NCBI RefSeq assembly: GCF_003018255.1
Contig: NZ_CP027440.1
From: Escherichia coli
GTDB taxonomy: Bacteria > Pseudomonadota > Gammaproteobacteria > Enterobacterales > Enterobacteriaceae
Length of the DNA: 64,000 bases
Strand: one strand, 5' to 3'
A program made the position numbers and the translations under genes. Shown piece after piece: positions 1 through 16,176 of this stretch; positions within the stretch are counted from its first letter, which is position 1, and each line of letters starts with the position of its first letter. The notes beneath the pieces were generated by a model. That model ran no database searches, was not told where the DNA came from, and worked only from the letters and a program-made list of their open reading frames with translations.

Positions 1-454
1 GAAAACAGAGCAATATGCGGTGCGTCCGCAGCAAATTAAATTTGAAGTGACTGAACATGCATTTCTTGATGTCGACAAAATGACGCCGATTATTCTGGCT
101 TTCCGCCAGGCTGGTTACGAAGTGGCAATTGATGATTTTGGTATTGGCTACTCTAACTTGCATAACCTTAAATCATTGAATGTCGATATTTTGAAAATCG
201 ACAAATCGTTTGTTGAGACGCTGACCACCCATAAAACCAGTCATTTGATTGCGGAACATATCATCGAGCTGGCGCACAGTCTGGGGTTAAAAACGATCGC
301 TGAAGGCGTCGAAACTGAGGAGCAGGTTAACTGGCTGCGCAAACGCGGCGTGCGCTATTGTCAGGGATGGTTCTTTGCGAAGGCGATGCCGCCGCAGGTG
401 TTTATGCAATGGATGGAGCAATTACCCGCGCGGGAGTTAACGCGCGGGCAATAA
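1..454 (+). CDS. pdeC: c-di-GMP phosphodiesterase, C-terminal EAL-domain fragment (5' end outside window)
   Basis: Open frame from window edge to stop at 454; translation has EAL-domain signatures (DDFGIGYSNL, KIDKSFV). Position upstream of soxS fits yjcC/pdeC. Confidence 0.8.
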   Translation, partial: KTEQYAVRPQQIKFEVTEHAFLDVDKMTPIILAFRQAGYEVAIDDFGIGYSNLHNLKSLNVDILKIDKSFVETLTTHKTSHLIAEHIIELAHSLGLKTIAEGVETEEQVNWLRKRGVRYCQGWFFAKAMPPQVFMQWMEQLPARELTRGQ

Positions 455-456
455 AA

Positions 457-780
457 CTACAGGCGGTGGCGATAATCGCTGGGAGTGCGATCAAACTGCC
501 GACGGAAAACGCGGGAGAAGGTCTGCTGAGAGACATAACCCAGGTCCATTGCGATATCAAAAATCGGACGCTCGGTGGTGCGCAACTCAACGGCGGCCAG
601 TAACAGGCGGCGTTGGCGAATGTAATCACCTAGTGTCTGATGCGTCACAGTACGGAACATCCGCTGTAAGTACCACTTTGAATAGCCTGATTTTTTTGCG
701 ACGACATCAATGTTAAGCGGCTGGTCAATATGCTCGTCAATCCATGCGATAAGATCCTGAATAATTTTCTGATGGGACAT
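457..780 (-). CDS. soxS: SoxS superoxide-response transcriptional activator (AraC/XylS family)
   Basis: 107-aa ORF recognised as SoxS; divergent from soxR with the SoxR operator between them. Confidence 0.95.
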   Translation of the reverse strand: MSHQKIIQDLIAWIDEHIDQPLNIDVVAKKSGYSKWYLQRMFRTVTHQTLGDYIRQRRLLLAAVELRTTERPIFDIAMDLGYVSQQTFSRVFRRQFDRTPSDYRHRL

Positions 781-836
781 AAATCTGCCTCTTTTCAGTG
801 TTCAGTTCGTTAATTCATCTGTTGGGGAGTATAATT

Positions 837-854
837 CCTCAAGTTAACTTGAGG
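837..854. promoter_or_regulatory. SoxR operator within the soxS promoter spacer
   Basis: Perfect 18-bp palindrome CCTCAAGTTAACTTGAGG between divergent soxS and soxR; matches the SoxR site as I recall it. Confidence 0.75.
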
Positions 855-865
855 TAAAGCGATTT

Positions 866-1330
866 ATGGAAAAGAAATTACCCCGCATTAAAGCGCTGCT
901 AACCCCCGGCGAAGTGGCAAAACGCAGCGGTGTGGCGGTATCGGCGCTGCATTTCTATGAAAGCAAAGGGTTGATTAGCAGTATCCGTAATAGTGGCAAT
1001 CAGCGGCGATATAAACGTGATGTGTTGCGATATGTCGCAATCATCAAAATTGCTCAGCGTATTGGCATTCCGCTGGCGACCATTCGTGAAGCATTTGGCG
1101 TGTTGCCCGAAGGGCATACATTAAGTGCGAAAGAGTGGAAACAGCTTTCGTCCCAATGGCGAGAAGAGTTGGATCGGCGCATTCATACCTTAGTGGCGCT
1201 GCGTGACGAGCTGGACGGATGTATTGGTTGTGGCTGCCTTTCGCGCAGTGATTGCCCATTGCGTAACCCGGGCGACCGCTTAGGAGAAGAAGGCACAGGC
1301 GCACGCTTGCTGGAAGATGAACAAAACTAA
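866..1330 (+). CDS. soxR: SoxR redox-sensing MerR-family regulator ([2Fe-2S])
   Basis: 154-aa ORF; N-terminal MerR-type HTH and C-terminal [12 protein letters not shown] cysteine cluster. Confidence 0.95.
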   Translation: MEKKLPRIKALLTPGEVAKRSGVAVSALHFYESKGLISSIRNSGNQRRYKRDVLRYVAIIKIAQRIGIPLATIREAFGVLPEGHTLSAKEWKQLSSQWREELDRRIHTLVALRDELDGCIGCGCLSRSDCPLRNPGDRLGEEGTGARLLEDEQN

Positions 1331-1355
1331 AGCGCCACAAGGGCGCTTTAGTTTG
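1323..1355. terminator. Bidirectional rho-independent terminator at soxR 3' end
   Basis: Inverted repeat AAACTAAAGCGCC..GGCGCTTTAGTTT straddling the soxR stop, with T-runs on both strands. Confidence 0.6.
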
Positions 1356-1465
1356 TTTTCCGGTCTTTGTCTTTCTCTCTATCCCGCTGGTACACAGGAG
1401 GGTTTCCCCCGACGTCAACACACCTCATTCGAGCACGTGGTGGAGGTTCCGGTTGGTGTTGATGC
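1325..1465 (-). ncRNA. ryjA: Candidate small RNA RyjA (convergent with soxR)
   Basis: Positional inference only: K-12 has a ~140-nt sRNA on the opposite strand ending at the soxR terminator. No sequence-intrinsic proof; boundaries approximate. Confidence 0.3.
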
Positions 1466-1875
1466 TTTAATTGTATGTCACCGGCGTTTCTTCGCCAGTG
1501 TAAAAGTACACTTTTTAGCCGCAATATTTTTGTCATCTCAGACGATTTTTTATCGCAATCCTGAACGGTATACGGCTCGATAACGCTGCAATCTTGCGCA
1601 TCGACGATAACGTTTGCGCATCAATTGCCTGGTTTTTCATCGTCAAGACAATAAAAGAGAAAAAAGCAGCAAACTTCGGTTGAAAAAGCCGCTATGATCG
1701 CCGGATAATCGTTTGCTTTTTTTACCACCCGTTTTGTATGCGCGGAGCTAAACGTTTGCTTTTTTGCGACGCACCAATTTGTCGCAAACCTGGAGCAGGA
1801 AGATAACGTTTCGCTGGCAGGGGATTGTCCGCCACGCATCTTGACGAAAATTAAACTCTCAGGGGATGTTTTCTT

Positions 1876-3225
1876 ATGTCTACGCCATCAGCGCGTACCG
1901 GCGGTTCACTCGACGCCTGGTTTAAAATTTCACAACGTGGAAGCACTGTCCGTCAGGAAGTGGTTGCCGGGTTAACAACATTTCTGGCGATGGTCTACTC
2001 GGTTATCGTCGTTCCAGGCATGTTGGGTAAAGCAGGCTTCCCGCCTGCGGCAGTTTTCGTTGCGACCTGTCTGGTTGCCGGACTCGGTTCTATCGTGATG
2101 GGTCTGTGGGCTAATCTGCCGTTGGCGATTGGTTGCGCCATCTCCCTGACGGCGTTTACCGCATTCAGTCTGGTGCTGGGGCAACATATTAGCGTACCTG
2201 TCGCGCTGGGTGCCGTGTTCCTGATGGGTGTGCTGTTTACGGTCATTTCTGCCACGGGTATCCGTAGCTGGATTTTGCGCAACTTGCCGCACGGTGTGGC
2301 GCACGGCACGGGGATTGGTATCGGTCTGTTCCTGCTGCTGATTGCTGCTAATGGTGTCGGTCTGGTGATTAAAAACCCACTTGATGGTCTGCCCGTCGCG
2401 CTGGGGGATTTCACGACCTTTCCGGTGATGATGTCGTTGGTGGGGCTGGCAGTGATTATCGGCCTGGAAAAACTGAAAGTCCCTGGTGGCATTCTGCTGA
2501 CCATTATCGGTATCTCAATTGTCGGTTTGATCTTCGATCCTAACGTCCATTTCTCCGGCGTTTTCGCCATGCCTTCATTGAGCGATGAAAACGGCAATTC
2601 ACTAATTGGCAGCCTGGACATTATGGGCGCGCTGAATCCTGTAGTCCTGCCAAGCGTTCTGGCGCTGGTGATGACGGCAGTATTTGATGCCACCGGAACT
2701 ATCCGTGCCGTCGCCGGCCAGGCGAACCTGCTGGATAAAGATGGGCAGATCATCGACGGCGGGAAAGCACTGACCACTGACTCCATGAGCAGCGTTTTCT
2801 CTGGCCTGGTGGGTGCAGCTCCGGCAGCGGTATACATCGAGTCTGCGGCGGGTACGGCGGCGGGCGGTAAAACCGGTTTGACGGCTATCACCGTTGGCGT
2901 GCTGTTCCTGCTGATTCTGTTCCTCTCTCCGCTCTCTTACCTCGTTCCGGGGTATGCAACGGCTCCGGCGCTGATGTACGTTGGCCTGCTGATGCTGAGT
3001 AACGTGGCGAAAATCGACTTTGCTGATTTTGTTGATGCGATGGCGGGTCTGGTTACGGCGGTATTCATCGTGCTGACCTGTAACATCGTAACAGGCATCA
3101 TGATCGGCTTCGCGACTCTGGTGATTGGTCGTCTGGTTTCCGGCGAATGGCGCAAGTTGAACATCGGTACGGTCGTTATCGCTGTGGCGCTGGTGACCTT
3201 CTATGCGGGTGGCTGGGCTATCTAA
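1876..3225 (+). CDS. ghxP: Guanine/hypoxanthine permease (NCS2/AzgA family)
   Basis: 449-aa polytopic membrane ORF; position after soxR matches yjcD/ghxP. Confidence 0.9.
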   Translation: MSTPSARTGGSLDAWFKISQRGSTVRQEVVAGLTTFLAMVYSVIVVPGMLGKAGFPPAAVFVATCLVAGLGSIVMGLWANLPLAIGCAISLTAFTAFSLVLGQHISVPVALGAVFLMGVLFTVISATGIRSWILRNLPHGVAHGTGIGIGLFLLLIAANGVGLVIKNPLDGLPVALGDFTTFPVMMSLVGLAVIIGLEKLKVPGGILLTIIGISIVGLIFDPNVHFSGVFAMPSLSDENGNSLIGSLDIMGALNPVVLPSVLALVMTAVFDATGTIRAVAGQANLLDKDGQIIDGGKALTTDSMSSVFSGLVGAAPAAVYIESAAGTAAGGKTGLTAITVGVLFLLILFLSPLSYLVPGYATAPALMYVGLLMLSNVAKIDFADFVDAMAGLVTAVFIVLTCNIVTGIMIGFATLVIGRLVSGEWRKLNIGTVVIAVALVTFYAGGWAI

Positions 3226-3375
3226 TCTTTCATATGATTCTGAAAACGGGTGGCAATGGCTGCCCGTTTTTATTTTCTCCGCACATTGTGTGAGCTTTTG
3301 CGATATTCTGAAAAAATGAGAATTCAGGCATAACGCCTTTCTCAGATCATAAAAAACATCGCAAACAGGGAACGC

Positions 3376-5025
3376 ATGGAAATCTTCTTCACCATACTGA
3401 TAATGACCCTCGTGGTCTCGCTGTCCGGGGTGGTCACTCGTGTCATGCCCTTTCAGATCCCGCTTCCGCTTATGCAAATCGCCATCGGTGCGCTACTGGC
3501 GTGGCCGACGTTTGGTTTGCATGTGGAGTTTGATCCTGAACTCTTTTTAGTCTTGTTTATCCCGCCGTTGCTGTTCGCTGATGGCTGGAAAACGCCGACC
3601 CGTGAATTTCTCGAACATGGTCGAGAGATTTTCGGCCTCGCGCTGGCGCTGGTGGTGGTCACCGTGGTCGGCATTGGCTTTCTTATTTACTGGGTGGTGC
3701 CGGGCATTCCGCTGATCCCCGCCTTTGCGCTGGCGGCGGTGCTTTCTCCGACCGATGCTGTGGCGCTCTCGGGGATTGTTGGCGAAGGGCGCATCCCGAA
3801 AAAAATCATGGGCATTTTGCAGGGCGAAGCGTTGATGAATGACGCCTCCGGTCTGGTGTCGTTGAAGTTTGCCGTGGCAGTGGCGATGGGGACGATGATC
3901 TTCACCGTCGGTGGTGCGACGGTCGAATTTATGAAAGTGGCCATTGGCGGTATTCTCGCCGGTTTTGTGGTGAGCTGGCTGTACGGTCGCTCGCTGCGAT
4001 TCCTCAGCCGCTGGGGCGGTGATGAACCCGCGACGCAGATCGTCCTGCTGTTCCTGCTGCCATTCGCTTCTTATCTGATTGCCGAACATATTGGCGTTTC
4101 CGGTATCCTCGCTGCGGTTGCCGCCGGGATGACCATCACCCGTTCCGGTGTGATGCGCCGTGCGCCGCTGGCAATGCGCCTGCGCGCAAACAGTACCTGG
4201 GCGATGCTGGAATTTGTCTTTAACGGCATGGTATTCCTGCTGTTAGGTCTGCAGCTGCCGGGTATTCTGGAGACGTCGCTGATGGCGGCAGAAATCGACC
4301 CTAACGTCGAAATCTGGATGCTGTTTACCGATATCATTCTGATTTATGCGGCGCTGATGCTGGTCCGTTTCGGCTGGCTGTGGACGATGAAAAAGTTCAG
4401 CAACCGCTTCCTGAAGAAGAAGCCGATGGAGTTTGGTTCGTGGACCACACGAGAAATCCTGATCGCGTCTTTCGCCGGGGTGCGTGGGGCGATCACTCTG
4501 GCTGGTGTGCTCTCAATCCCGCTGCTCTTGCCGGATGGTAACGTCTTCCCGGCGCGCTATGAGCTGGTGTTCCTGGCGGCTGGTGTCATTCTCTTCTCGC
4601 TGTTTGTCGGCGTGGTGATGTTGCCTATTCTGCTACAACACATTGAAGTCGCGGACCATTCGCAACAATTGAAAGAGGAACGTATTGCGCGAGCGGCAAC
4701 GGCAGAAGTGGCGATTGTGGCGATCCAGAAAATGGAGGAGCGTCTGGCGGCGGATACCGAAGAGAATATCGATAACCAGCTGCTCACAGAGGTTAGTTCT
4801 CGCGTCATTGGTAACCTGCGTCGTCGCGCCGATGGACGTAACGACGTTGAAAGTTCCGTGCAGGAAGAGAACCTTGAGCGTCGCTTCCGTCTGGCGGCAT
4901 TGCGTTCTGAACGTGCTGAACTGTACCACCTGCGCGCCACGCGGGAGATCAGTAACGAAACGCTGCAAAAATTACTGCACGATCTCGATTTGCTTGAAGC
5001 GTTGCTGATTGAAGAGAACCAATAA
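3376..5025 (+). CDS. yjcE: Putative Na+/H+ exchanger (CPA1 family)
   Basis: 549-aa ORF with N-terminal multi-TM domain and charged C-terminal tail. Confidence 0.85.
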   Translation: MEIFFTILIMTLVVSLSGVVTRVMPFQIPLPLMQIAIGALLAWPTFGLHVEFDPELFLVLFIPPLLFADGWKTPTREFLEHGREIFGLALALVVVTVVGIGFLIYWVVPGIPLIPAFALAAVLSPTDAVALSGIVGEGRIPKKIMGILQGEALMNDASGLVSLKFAVAVAMGTMIFTVGGATVEFMKVAIGGILAGFVVSWLYGRSLRFLSRWGGDEPATQIVLLFLLPFASYLIAEHIGVSGILAAVAAGMTITRSGVMRRAPLAMRLRANSTWAMLEFVFNGMVFLLLGLQLPGILETSLMAAEIDPNVEIWMLFTDIILIYAALMLVRFGWLWTMKKFSNRFLKKKPMEFGSWTTREILIASFAGVRGAITLAGVLSIPLLLPDGNVFPARYELVFLAAGVILFSLFVGVVMLPILLQHIEVADHSQQLKEERIARAATAEVAIVAIQKMEERLAADTEENIDNQLLTEVSSRVIGNLRRRADGRNDVESSVQEENLERRFRLAALRSERAELYHLRATREISNETLQKLLHDLDLLEALLIEENQ

Positions 5026-5043
5026 CGCTTTGGCGGTGTAATC

Positions 5044-5076
5044 GGTAAAAAGGTGCAGTACATCGCACCTTTTTAC
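5044..5076. terminator. Bidirectional hairpin terminator between convergent yjcE and actP
   Basis: GGTAAAAAGGTGC-AGTACATC-GCACCTTTTTACC: stem flanked by A-run and T-run. Confidence 0.65.
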
Positions 5077-5107
5077 CGTTGGTCAGGTGACCAGAGGCTA
5101 GTGGAGA

Positions 5108-7068
<1,961 letters not shown>

Positions 7069-7149
7069 CACAGATTCTCCAGAGGTAATGTAGGGATTGT
7101 TTTAATTCCCGCTCCCTTATGGGAGAAGGTTAACGCTTGGGTAACCCTT

Positions 7150-7416
<267 letters not shown>

Positions 7417-7449
7417 AACCGTTACCGACTCGCATCGGGCAATTGTGGG

Positions 7450-9408
<1,959 letters not shown>

Positions 9409-9659
9409 GCTTTTGTTCTCCTTGTAGGATGTTAATAATATGTGGCATAAGCGTTAAATGTAGGGGTATTGGCAGTTTTGTTTAGTATTTGGGCGACAGA
9501 TCACGCAAAAGTAGAATTGTGCAAATAAACGGCAGGGTAATTTTTGAAGGTCAGCAACAAAAGTTGATTAATTCTTTGAGGAACATGCAGTTATGCATGC
9601 TGTTGAAAAAGAGGAAGATACTGACTAACTCTAAAGTGGTATTTTACATGCACTTACAA

Positions 9660-9673
9660 TTGATTAAAGACAA
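9660..9673. promoter_or_regulatory. Candidate FNR half-palindrome in the nrfA promoter region
   Basis: TTGATTAAAGACAA resembles TTGAT-N4-ATCAA; lies ~140 bp upstream of the nrfA start. Site assignment is inference. Confidence 0.3.
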
Positions 9674-9758
9674 CATTCACAGTGTGGTTATTTGTTACAC
9701 ATAGGGGCGAGCAATGTCATGACAGTGTAGGTGCGGTTACTGTCGTGAAAAACAATAA

Positions 9759-11237
<1,479 letters not shown>

Positions 11238-11281
11238 CCCCGTTCCGCCTCGCAAGGGGCGGAAAACACAATGGAGTGAAT

Positions 11282-11848
11282 ATGAGCGTATTACGTTCGT
11301 TATTAACTGCCGGGGTGCTGGCGTCGGGCCTGTTGTGGAGCCTGAACGGAATTACCGCTACCCCTGCGGCGCAGGCATCTGGTGATCGCTACGAAGTTAC
11401 CCAGCAGCGTAACCCGGATGCCGCCTGTCTGGACTGTCATAAGCCAGATACCGAAGGTATGCATGGCAAACATGCTTCCGTTATCAACCCGAATAACAAA
11501 CTGCCGGTCACCTGCACCAACTGCCACGGTCAGCCATCACCGCAACACCGCGAAGGGGTGAAAGATGTGATGCGCTTTAACGAGCCGATGTACAAGGTTG
11601 GAGAGCAGAACAGCGTCTGTATGTCCTGCCATCTGCCGGAACAGTTGCAAAAAGCGTTCTGGCCACACGATGTCCACGTAACCAAAGTGGCGTGCGCCAG
11701 CTGCCATTCCCTGCATCCACAGCAAGATACGATGCAGACGTTAAGTGACAAAGGACGGATTAAGATTTGCGTCGATTGCCACAGCGATCAGCGCACCAAT
11801 CCGAACTTTAACCCGGCGTCTGTTCCGTTGCTTAAGGAGCAGCCATGA
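11282..11848 (+). CDS. nrfB: Pentaheme cytochrome c NrfB
   Basis: 188-aa ORF with five CXXCH motifs (CLDCH, CTNCH, CMSCH, CASCH, CVDCH). Confidence 0.9.
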   Translation: MSVLRSLLTAGVLASGLLWSLNGITATPAAQASGDRYEVTQQRNPDAACLDCHKPDTEGMHGKHASVINPNNKLPVTCTNCHGQPSPQHREGVKDVMRFNEPMYKVGEQNSVCMSCHLPEQLQKAFWPHDVHVTKVACASCHSLHPQQDTMQTLSDKGRIKICVDCHSDQRTNPNFNPASVPLLKEQP

Positions 11849-12516
11849 CCTGGTCTCGTCGCCAGTTTCTCACCGGCGTCGGCGTGCTGGCAGCCGTCAG
11901 CGGCACCGCAGGGCGCGTGGTGGCGAAAACGTTGAATATCAATGGGGTGCGTTACGGCATGGTGCATGACGAGTCGTTATGCATCGGCTGTACCGCCTGT
12001 ATGGATGCTTGTCGGGAAGTGAACAAGGTGCCGGAAGGCGTCTCGCGCCTGACGATTATTCGTAGCGAGCCGCAGGGCGAATTTCCTGATGTGAAATATC
12101 GCTTCTTCCGTAAGTCTTGCCAGCACTGCGATCATGCGCCGTGCGTTGACGTCTGCCCGACCGGTGCGTCTTTTCGTGATGCCGCTAGCGGGATTGTCGA
12201 TGTTAATCCTGATCTCTGCGTCGGTTGTCAGTACTGCATCGCCGCCTGTCCGTACCGCGTGCGCTTTATCCATCCGGTCACGAAGACGGCGGACAAATGC
12301 GATTTCTGCCGTAAGACCAATTTGCAGGCCGGTAAGCTGCCCGCGTGCGTTGAAGCTTGCCCGACCAAGGCACTGACGTTTGGCAATCTGGACGATCCCA
12401 ACAGTGAGATTTCGCAACTGCTGCGCCAGAAGCCCACTTACCGCTACAAGCTGGCGCTGGGAACCAAACCGAAGCTGTACCGCGTACCGTTTAAATACGG
12501 GGAGGTGAGCCAATGA
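11845..12516 (+). CDS. nrfC: NrfC 4Fe-4S ferredoxin-type subunit (Tat signal)
   Basis: 223-aa ORF; N-terminal RRQFLTG twin-arginine motif and multiple CxxCxxCxxxCP clusters; start overlaps nrfB stop. Confidence 0.9.
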   Translation: MTWSRRQFLTGVGVLAAVSGTAGRVVAKTLNINGVRYGMVHDESLCIGCTACMDACREVNKVPEGVSRLTIIRSEPQGEFPDVKYRFFRKSCQHCDHAPCVDVCPTGASFRDAASGIVDVNPDLCVGCQYCIAACPYRVRFIHPVTKTADKCDFCRKTNLQAGKLPACVEACPTKALTFGNLDDPNSEISQLLRQKPTYRYKLALGTKPKLYRVPFKYGEVSQ

Positions 12517-13469
12517 TGCAGACTTCCGCATTTCATTTTGAATCGCTGGTGTGGGACTGGCCGATTGCCATCTACCTGTTTTTGATTGGTATTTCTGCCG
12601 GTCTGGTGACGCTGGCCGTGCTGTTACGTCGCTTCTACCCGCAGGCGGGCGGTGCAGACAGTACGTTGCTGCGCACCACGCTAATTGTCGGGCCTGGCGC
12701 GGTGATCCTCGGTCTGTTGATCCTCGTCTTCCACCTGACAAAGCCGTGGACCTTCTGGAAGCTGATGTTCCACTACAGTTTTACCTCGGTGATGTCGATG
12801 GGGGTGATGTTGTTTCAGCTCTACATGGTGGTGCTGGTGCTGTGGCTGGCGAAAATCTTTGAACATGATTTGCTTGCCCTGCAACAACGCTGGTTGCCGA
12901 AGCTGGGGATCGTGCAAAAGGTTCTGAGCCTGCTGACGCCCGTTCATCGCGGACTGGAAACATTGATGCTGGTGCTGGCGGTGCTGCTGGGGGCTTATAC
13001 CGGCTTTCTGCTGTCGGCGCTGAAATCGTATCCGTTCCTCAATAACCAGATCCTGCCGGTGCTGTTCCTCTTCTCCGGCATCTCGTCCGGTGCGGCGGTA
13101 GCGCTGATCGCCATGGCGATACGCCAACGCAAAAATCCGCATTCCACGGAAGCGCACTTTGTTCACCGTATGGAAATCCCTGTGGTATGGGGTGAAATCT
13201 TCCTGCTGGTGGCGTTTTTTGTCGGTCTGGCGCTGGGCGATGACGGTAAAGTGCGTGCGCTGGTGGCGGCATTAGGTGGCGGTTTCTGGACGTGGTGGTT
13301 CTGGCTTGGTGTCGCCGGGCTGGGGCTGATTGTGCCAATGTTGCTCAAACCGTGGGTCAATCGCAGTTCCGGCATTCCTACCGTGCTGGCGGCGTGTGGG
13401 GCCAGTCTGGTCGGCGTGTTGATGCTGCGCTTTTTCATTCTCTACGCCGGACAGTTGACGGTGGCGTAA
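12513..13469 (+). CDS. nrfD: NrfD integral membrane quinol-interacting subunit
   Basis: 318-aa polytopic ORF overlapping the nrfC stop. Confidence 0.9.
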   Translation: MMQTSAFHFESLVWDWPIAIYLFLIGISAGLVTLAVLLRRFYPQAGGADSTLLRTTLIVGPGAVILGLLILVFHLTKPWTFWKLMFHYSFTSVMSMGVMLFQLYMVVLVLWLAKIFEHDLLALQQRWLPKLGIVQKVLSLLTPVHRGLETLMLVLAVLLGAYTGFLLSALKSYPFLNNQILPVLFLFSGISSGAAVALIAMAIRQRKNPHSTEAHFVHRMEIPVVWGEIFLLVAFFVGLALGDDGKVRALVAALGGGFWTWWFWLGVAGLGLIVPMLLKPWVNRSSGIPTVLAACGASLVGVLMLRFFILYAGQLTVA

Positions 13470-13524
13470 GCCAGAAAAGAGGTGGTTTCTGGACGTATTC
13501 CTTCCTGAAGTCGGTTTTCTGGCG

Positions 13525-15207
13525 TTGTTGTTAAGTCTCGGGGTCAACGTGTTGACCCCGTTGACGGCCTTCGCGGGAGTGCGGTTGCGCTGGCCTGCCA
13601 TGATGCGACTCACTTGCATCGGCATTCTGGCGCAGTTCGCGCTCCTGCTGCTCGCCTTTGGCGTACTGACGTATTGTTTTCTCATCAGCGATTTCTCGGT
13701 CATTTATGTCGCCCAACATAGCTACAGCCTGCTGTCGTGGGAACTCAAACTGGCGGCGGTGTGGGGCGGTCATGAAGGTTCGCTGCTGCTTTGGGTGCTG
13801 CTGCTTTCCGCCTGGAGCGCGCTGTTTGCCTGGCATTATCGGCAGCAAACCGATCCGCTATTTCCGCTAACGCTAGCCGTTTTATCTCTCATGCTCGCCG
13901 CACTGCTACTGTTTGTAGTGCTGTGGTCCGATCCCTTCGTGCGGATATTTCCACCAGCAATCGAAGGCCGCGATCTCAATCCGATGCTGCAACATCCCGG
14001 TCTTATCTTTCATCCACCGCTGCTTTACCTTGGCTATGGCGGTTTGATGGTGGCGGCGAGCGTGGCGCTGGCGAGTTTACTGCGCGGCGAGTTTGATGGT
14101 GCCTGCGCCCGAATTTGCTGGCGCTGGGCGTTACCTGGCTGGAGTGCATTAACGGCTGGGATCATCCTCGGTTCCTGGTGGGCCTATTGCGAACTGGGCT
14201 GGGGCGGCTGGTGGTTCTGGGATCCGGTGGAAAACGCCTCTTTATTACCCTGGCTTTCTGCCACTGCGCTGCTGCACAGTTTGTCCCTGACACGCCAGCG
14301 GGGGATTTTCCGCCACTGGTCGCTGCTGCTGGCGATAGTTACTCTGATGCTGTCGCTGCTGGGCACCTTAATTGTCCGTTCTGGCATTCTGGTTTCGGTT
14401 CATGCGTTCGCACTGGATAACGTCCGCGCCGTGCCGTTGTTCAGCCTGTTTGCACTGATTAGCCTTGCGTCTCTGGCTCTGTATGGCTGGCGAGCGCGGG
14501 ACGGTGGCCCGGCGGTGCGTTTTTCGGGGTTATCGCGGGAAATGTTAATCCTCGCTACGCTGTTGCTGTTTTGCGCAGTGCTACTGATCGTGCTGGTGGG
14601 AACGCTTTATCCGATGATTTACGGTCTGCTGGGCTGGGGACGCCTCTCCGTTGGCGCGCCGTATTTTAACCGCGCGACGTTACCGTTTGGTCTGTTGATG
14701 CTGGTGGTGATTGTGCTGGCGACGTTTGTCTCTGGCAAACGCGTGCAGCTTCCGGCGCTGGTAGCTCATGCTGGCGTGCTGTTATTTGCCGCGGGGATCG
14801 TGGTTTCCAGCGTCAGTCGTCAGGAGATCAGCCTGAATTTACAGCCGGGTCAGCAGGTGACGCTGGCAGGATACACCTTCCGTTTTGAGCGACTCGATCT
14901 GCAAGCCAGAGGCAATTACACCAGCGAAAAAGCGATAGTGGCGCTGTTTGACCATCAGCAACGCATTGGTGAACTGACGCCGGAGCGGCGTTTTTATGAA
15001 GCACGCCGTCAGCAAATGATGGAACCGTCAATTCGCTGGAACGGCATCCATGACTGGTATGCGGTCATGGGCGAGAAAACCGGAGCGGATCGTTACGCTT
15101 TTCGTTTGTATGTACAAAGCGGTGTGCGCTGGATCTGGGGGGGAGGATTGTTGATGATTGCGGGCGCATTGTTAAGCGGATGGCGGGGGAGGAAGCGCGA
15201 TGAATAA
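13525..15207 (+). CDS. nrfE: NrfE heme lyase (CcmF-like)
   Basis: ~552-560-aa polytopic ORF with Trp-rich segment (WGGWWFWDPVEN); exact start uncertain. Confidence 0.85.
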   Translation: MLLSLGVNVLTPLTAFAGVRLRWPAMMRLTCIGILAQFALLLLAFGVLTYCFLISDFSVIYVAQHSYSLLSWELKLAAVWGGHEGSLLLWVLLLSAWSALFAWHYRQQTDPLFPLTLAVLSLMLAALLLFVVLWSDPFVRIFPPAIEGRDLNPMLQHPGLIFHPPLLYLGYGGLMVAASVALASLLRGEFDGACARICWRWALPGWSALTAGIILGSWWAYCELGWGGWWFWDPVENASLLPWLSATALLHSLSLTRQRGIFRHWSLLLAIVTLMLSLLGTLIVRSGILVSVHAFALDNVRAVPLFSLFALISLASLALYGWRARDGGPAVRFSGLSREMLILATLLLFCAVLLIVLVGTLYPMIYGLLGWGRLSVGAPYFNRATLPFGLLMLVVIVLATFVSGKRVQLPALVAHAGVLLFAAGIVVSSVSRQEISLNLQPGQQVTLAGYTFRFERLDLQARGNYTSEKAIVALFDHQQRIGELTPERRFYEARRQQMMEPSIRWNGIHDWYAVMGEKTGADRYAFRLYVQSGVRWIWGGGLLMIAGALLSGWRGRKRDE

Positions 15208-15583
15208 AGGACTTCTCACGCTACTGCTGTTATTTACCTGTTTTGCGCGCGCTCAGGTCGTAGACACCTGGCAATTCGCCAATCCGCAACAACAGCAACA
15301 GGCGTTAAATATTGCCAGCCAGTTACGTTGTCCGCAGTGCCAGAATCAAAACTTACTGGAATCCAACGCGCCGGTGGCGGTCAGTATGCGCCATCAGGTT
15401 TACAGCATGGTGGCGGAGGGGAAGAACGAAGCTGAAATCATCGGCTGGATGACCGAACGCTACGGAGATTTTGTTCGCTATAACCCACCGTTAACGGGCC
15501 AGACGCTGGTGTTGTGGGCGCTGCCAGTGGTGTTGTTACTGCTGATGGCACTGATCCTCTGGCGAGTGAGGGCGAAGCGATGA
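15200..15583 (+). CDS. nrfF: NrfF (CcmH-like thiol-disulfide protein)
   Basis: 127-aa ORF with signal peptide and CPQC motif. Confidence 0.88.
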   Translation: MNKGLLTLLLLFTCFARAQVVDTWQFANPQQQQQALNIASQLRCPQCQNQNLLESNAPVAVSMRHQVYSMVAEGKNEAEIIGWMTERYGDFVRYNPPLTGQTLVLWALPVVLLLLMALILWRVRAKR

Positions 15584-16176
15584 AACAGTCACAAATACCG
15601 GTGAAAATGCTGACAACACTCACGATTTTGATGGCATTTCTCTGTATCGGCAGTTATCTGTTAAGCCCAAAATGGCAGGCGGTACGTGCGGAGTATCAGC
15701 GTCAGCGCGATCCGCTGCATCAGTTTGCCAGCCAGCAAACCCCAGAAGCGCAGCTTCAGGCATTGCAGGATAAAATCCGCGCTAATCCACAAAACAGCGA
15801 ACAGTGGGCGTTACTGGGCGAGTACTATCTGTGGCAAAATGATTACAGCAATTCGCTGCTGGCGTACCGTCAGGCGTTGCAACTACGTGGTGAGAACGCT
15901 GAACTGTATGCGGCGCTGGCGACGGTGCTTTATTACCAGGCCAGCCAGCATATGACCGCCCAGACACGCGCAATGATCGATAAAGCCCTCGCGCTGGACT
16001 CTAACGAAATCACCGCTCTGATGCTGCTGGCTTCCGATGCGTTTATGCAGGCGAATTACGCGCAGGCCATCGAACTATGGCAAAAAGTGATGGATCTCAA
16101 CTCACCCCGGATCAACCGGACACAGCTGGTCGAGTCGATTAATATGGCGAAATTGTTGCAGCGGAGATCAGATTAA
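15580..16176 (+). CDS. nrfG: NrfG TPR-repeat heme lyase accessory protein
   Basis: 198-aa ORF from [14 protein letters not shown] overlaps nrfF TGA; TPR-like repeats. Confidence 0.85.
   Translation: MKQSQIPVKMLTTLTILMAFLCIGSYLLSPKWQAVRAEYQRQRDPLHQFASQQTPEAQLQALQDKIRANPQNSEQWALLGEYYLWQNDYSNSLLAYRQALQLRGENAELYAALATVLYYQASQHMTAQTRAMIDKALALDSNEITALMLLASDAFMQANYAQAIELWQKVMDLNSPRINRTQLVESINMAKLLQRRSD

Noticed and set aside
5026-5107. Possible deletion scar or mobile-element junction at the yjcE-actP boundary
   Set aside because: There are no terminal inverted repeats, target-site duplications or transposase remnants; the spacer is just a clean bidirectional terminator.
9489-9704. 71-aa ORF in the acs-nrfA intergenic region
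   Set aside because: It lies in the AT-rich divergent promoter region and has no RBS; it is more likely a chance ORF.
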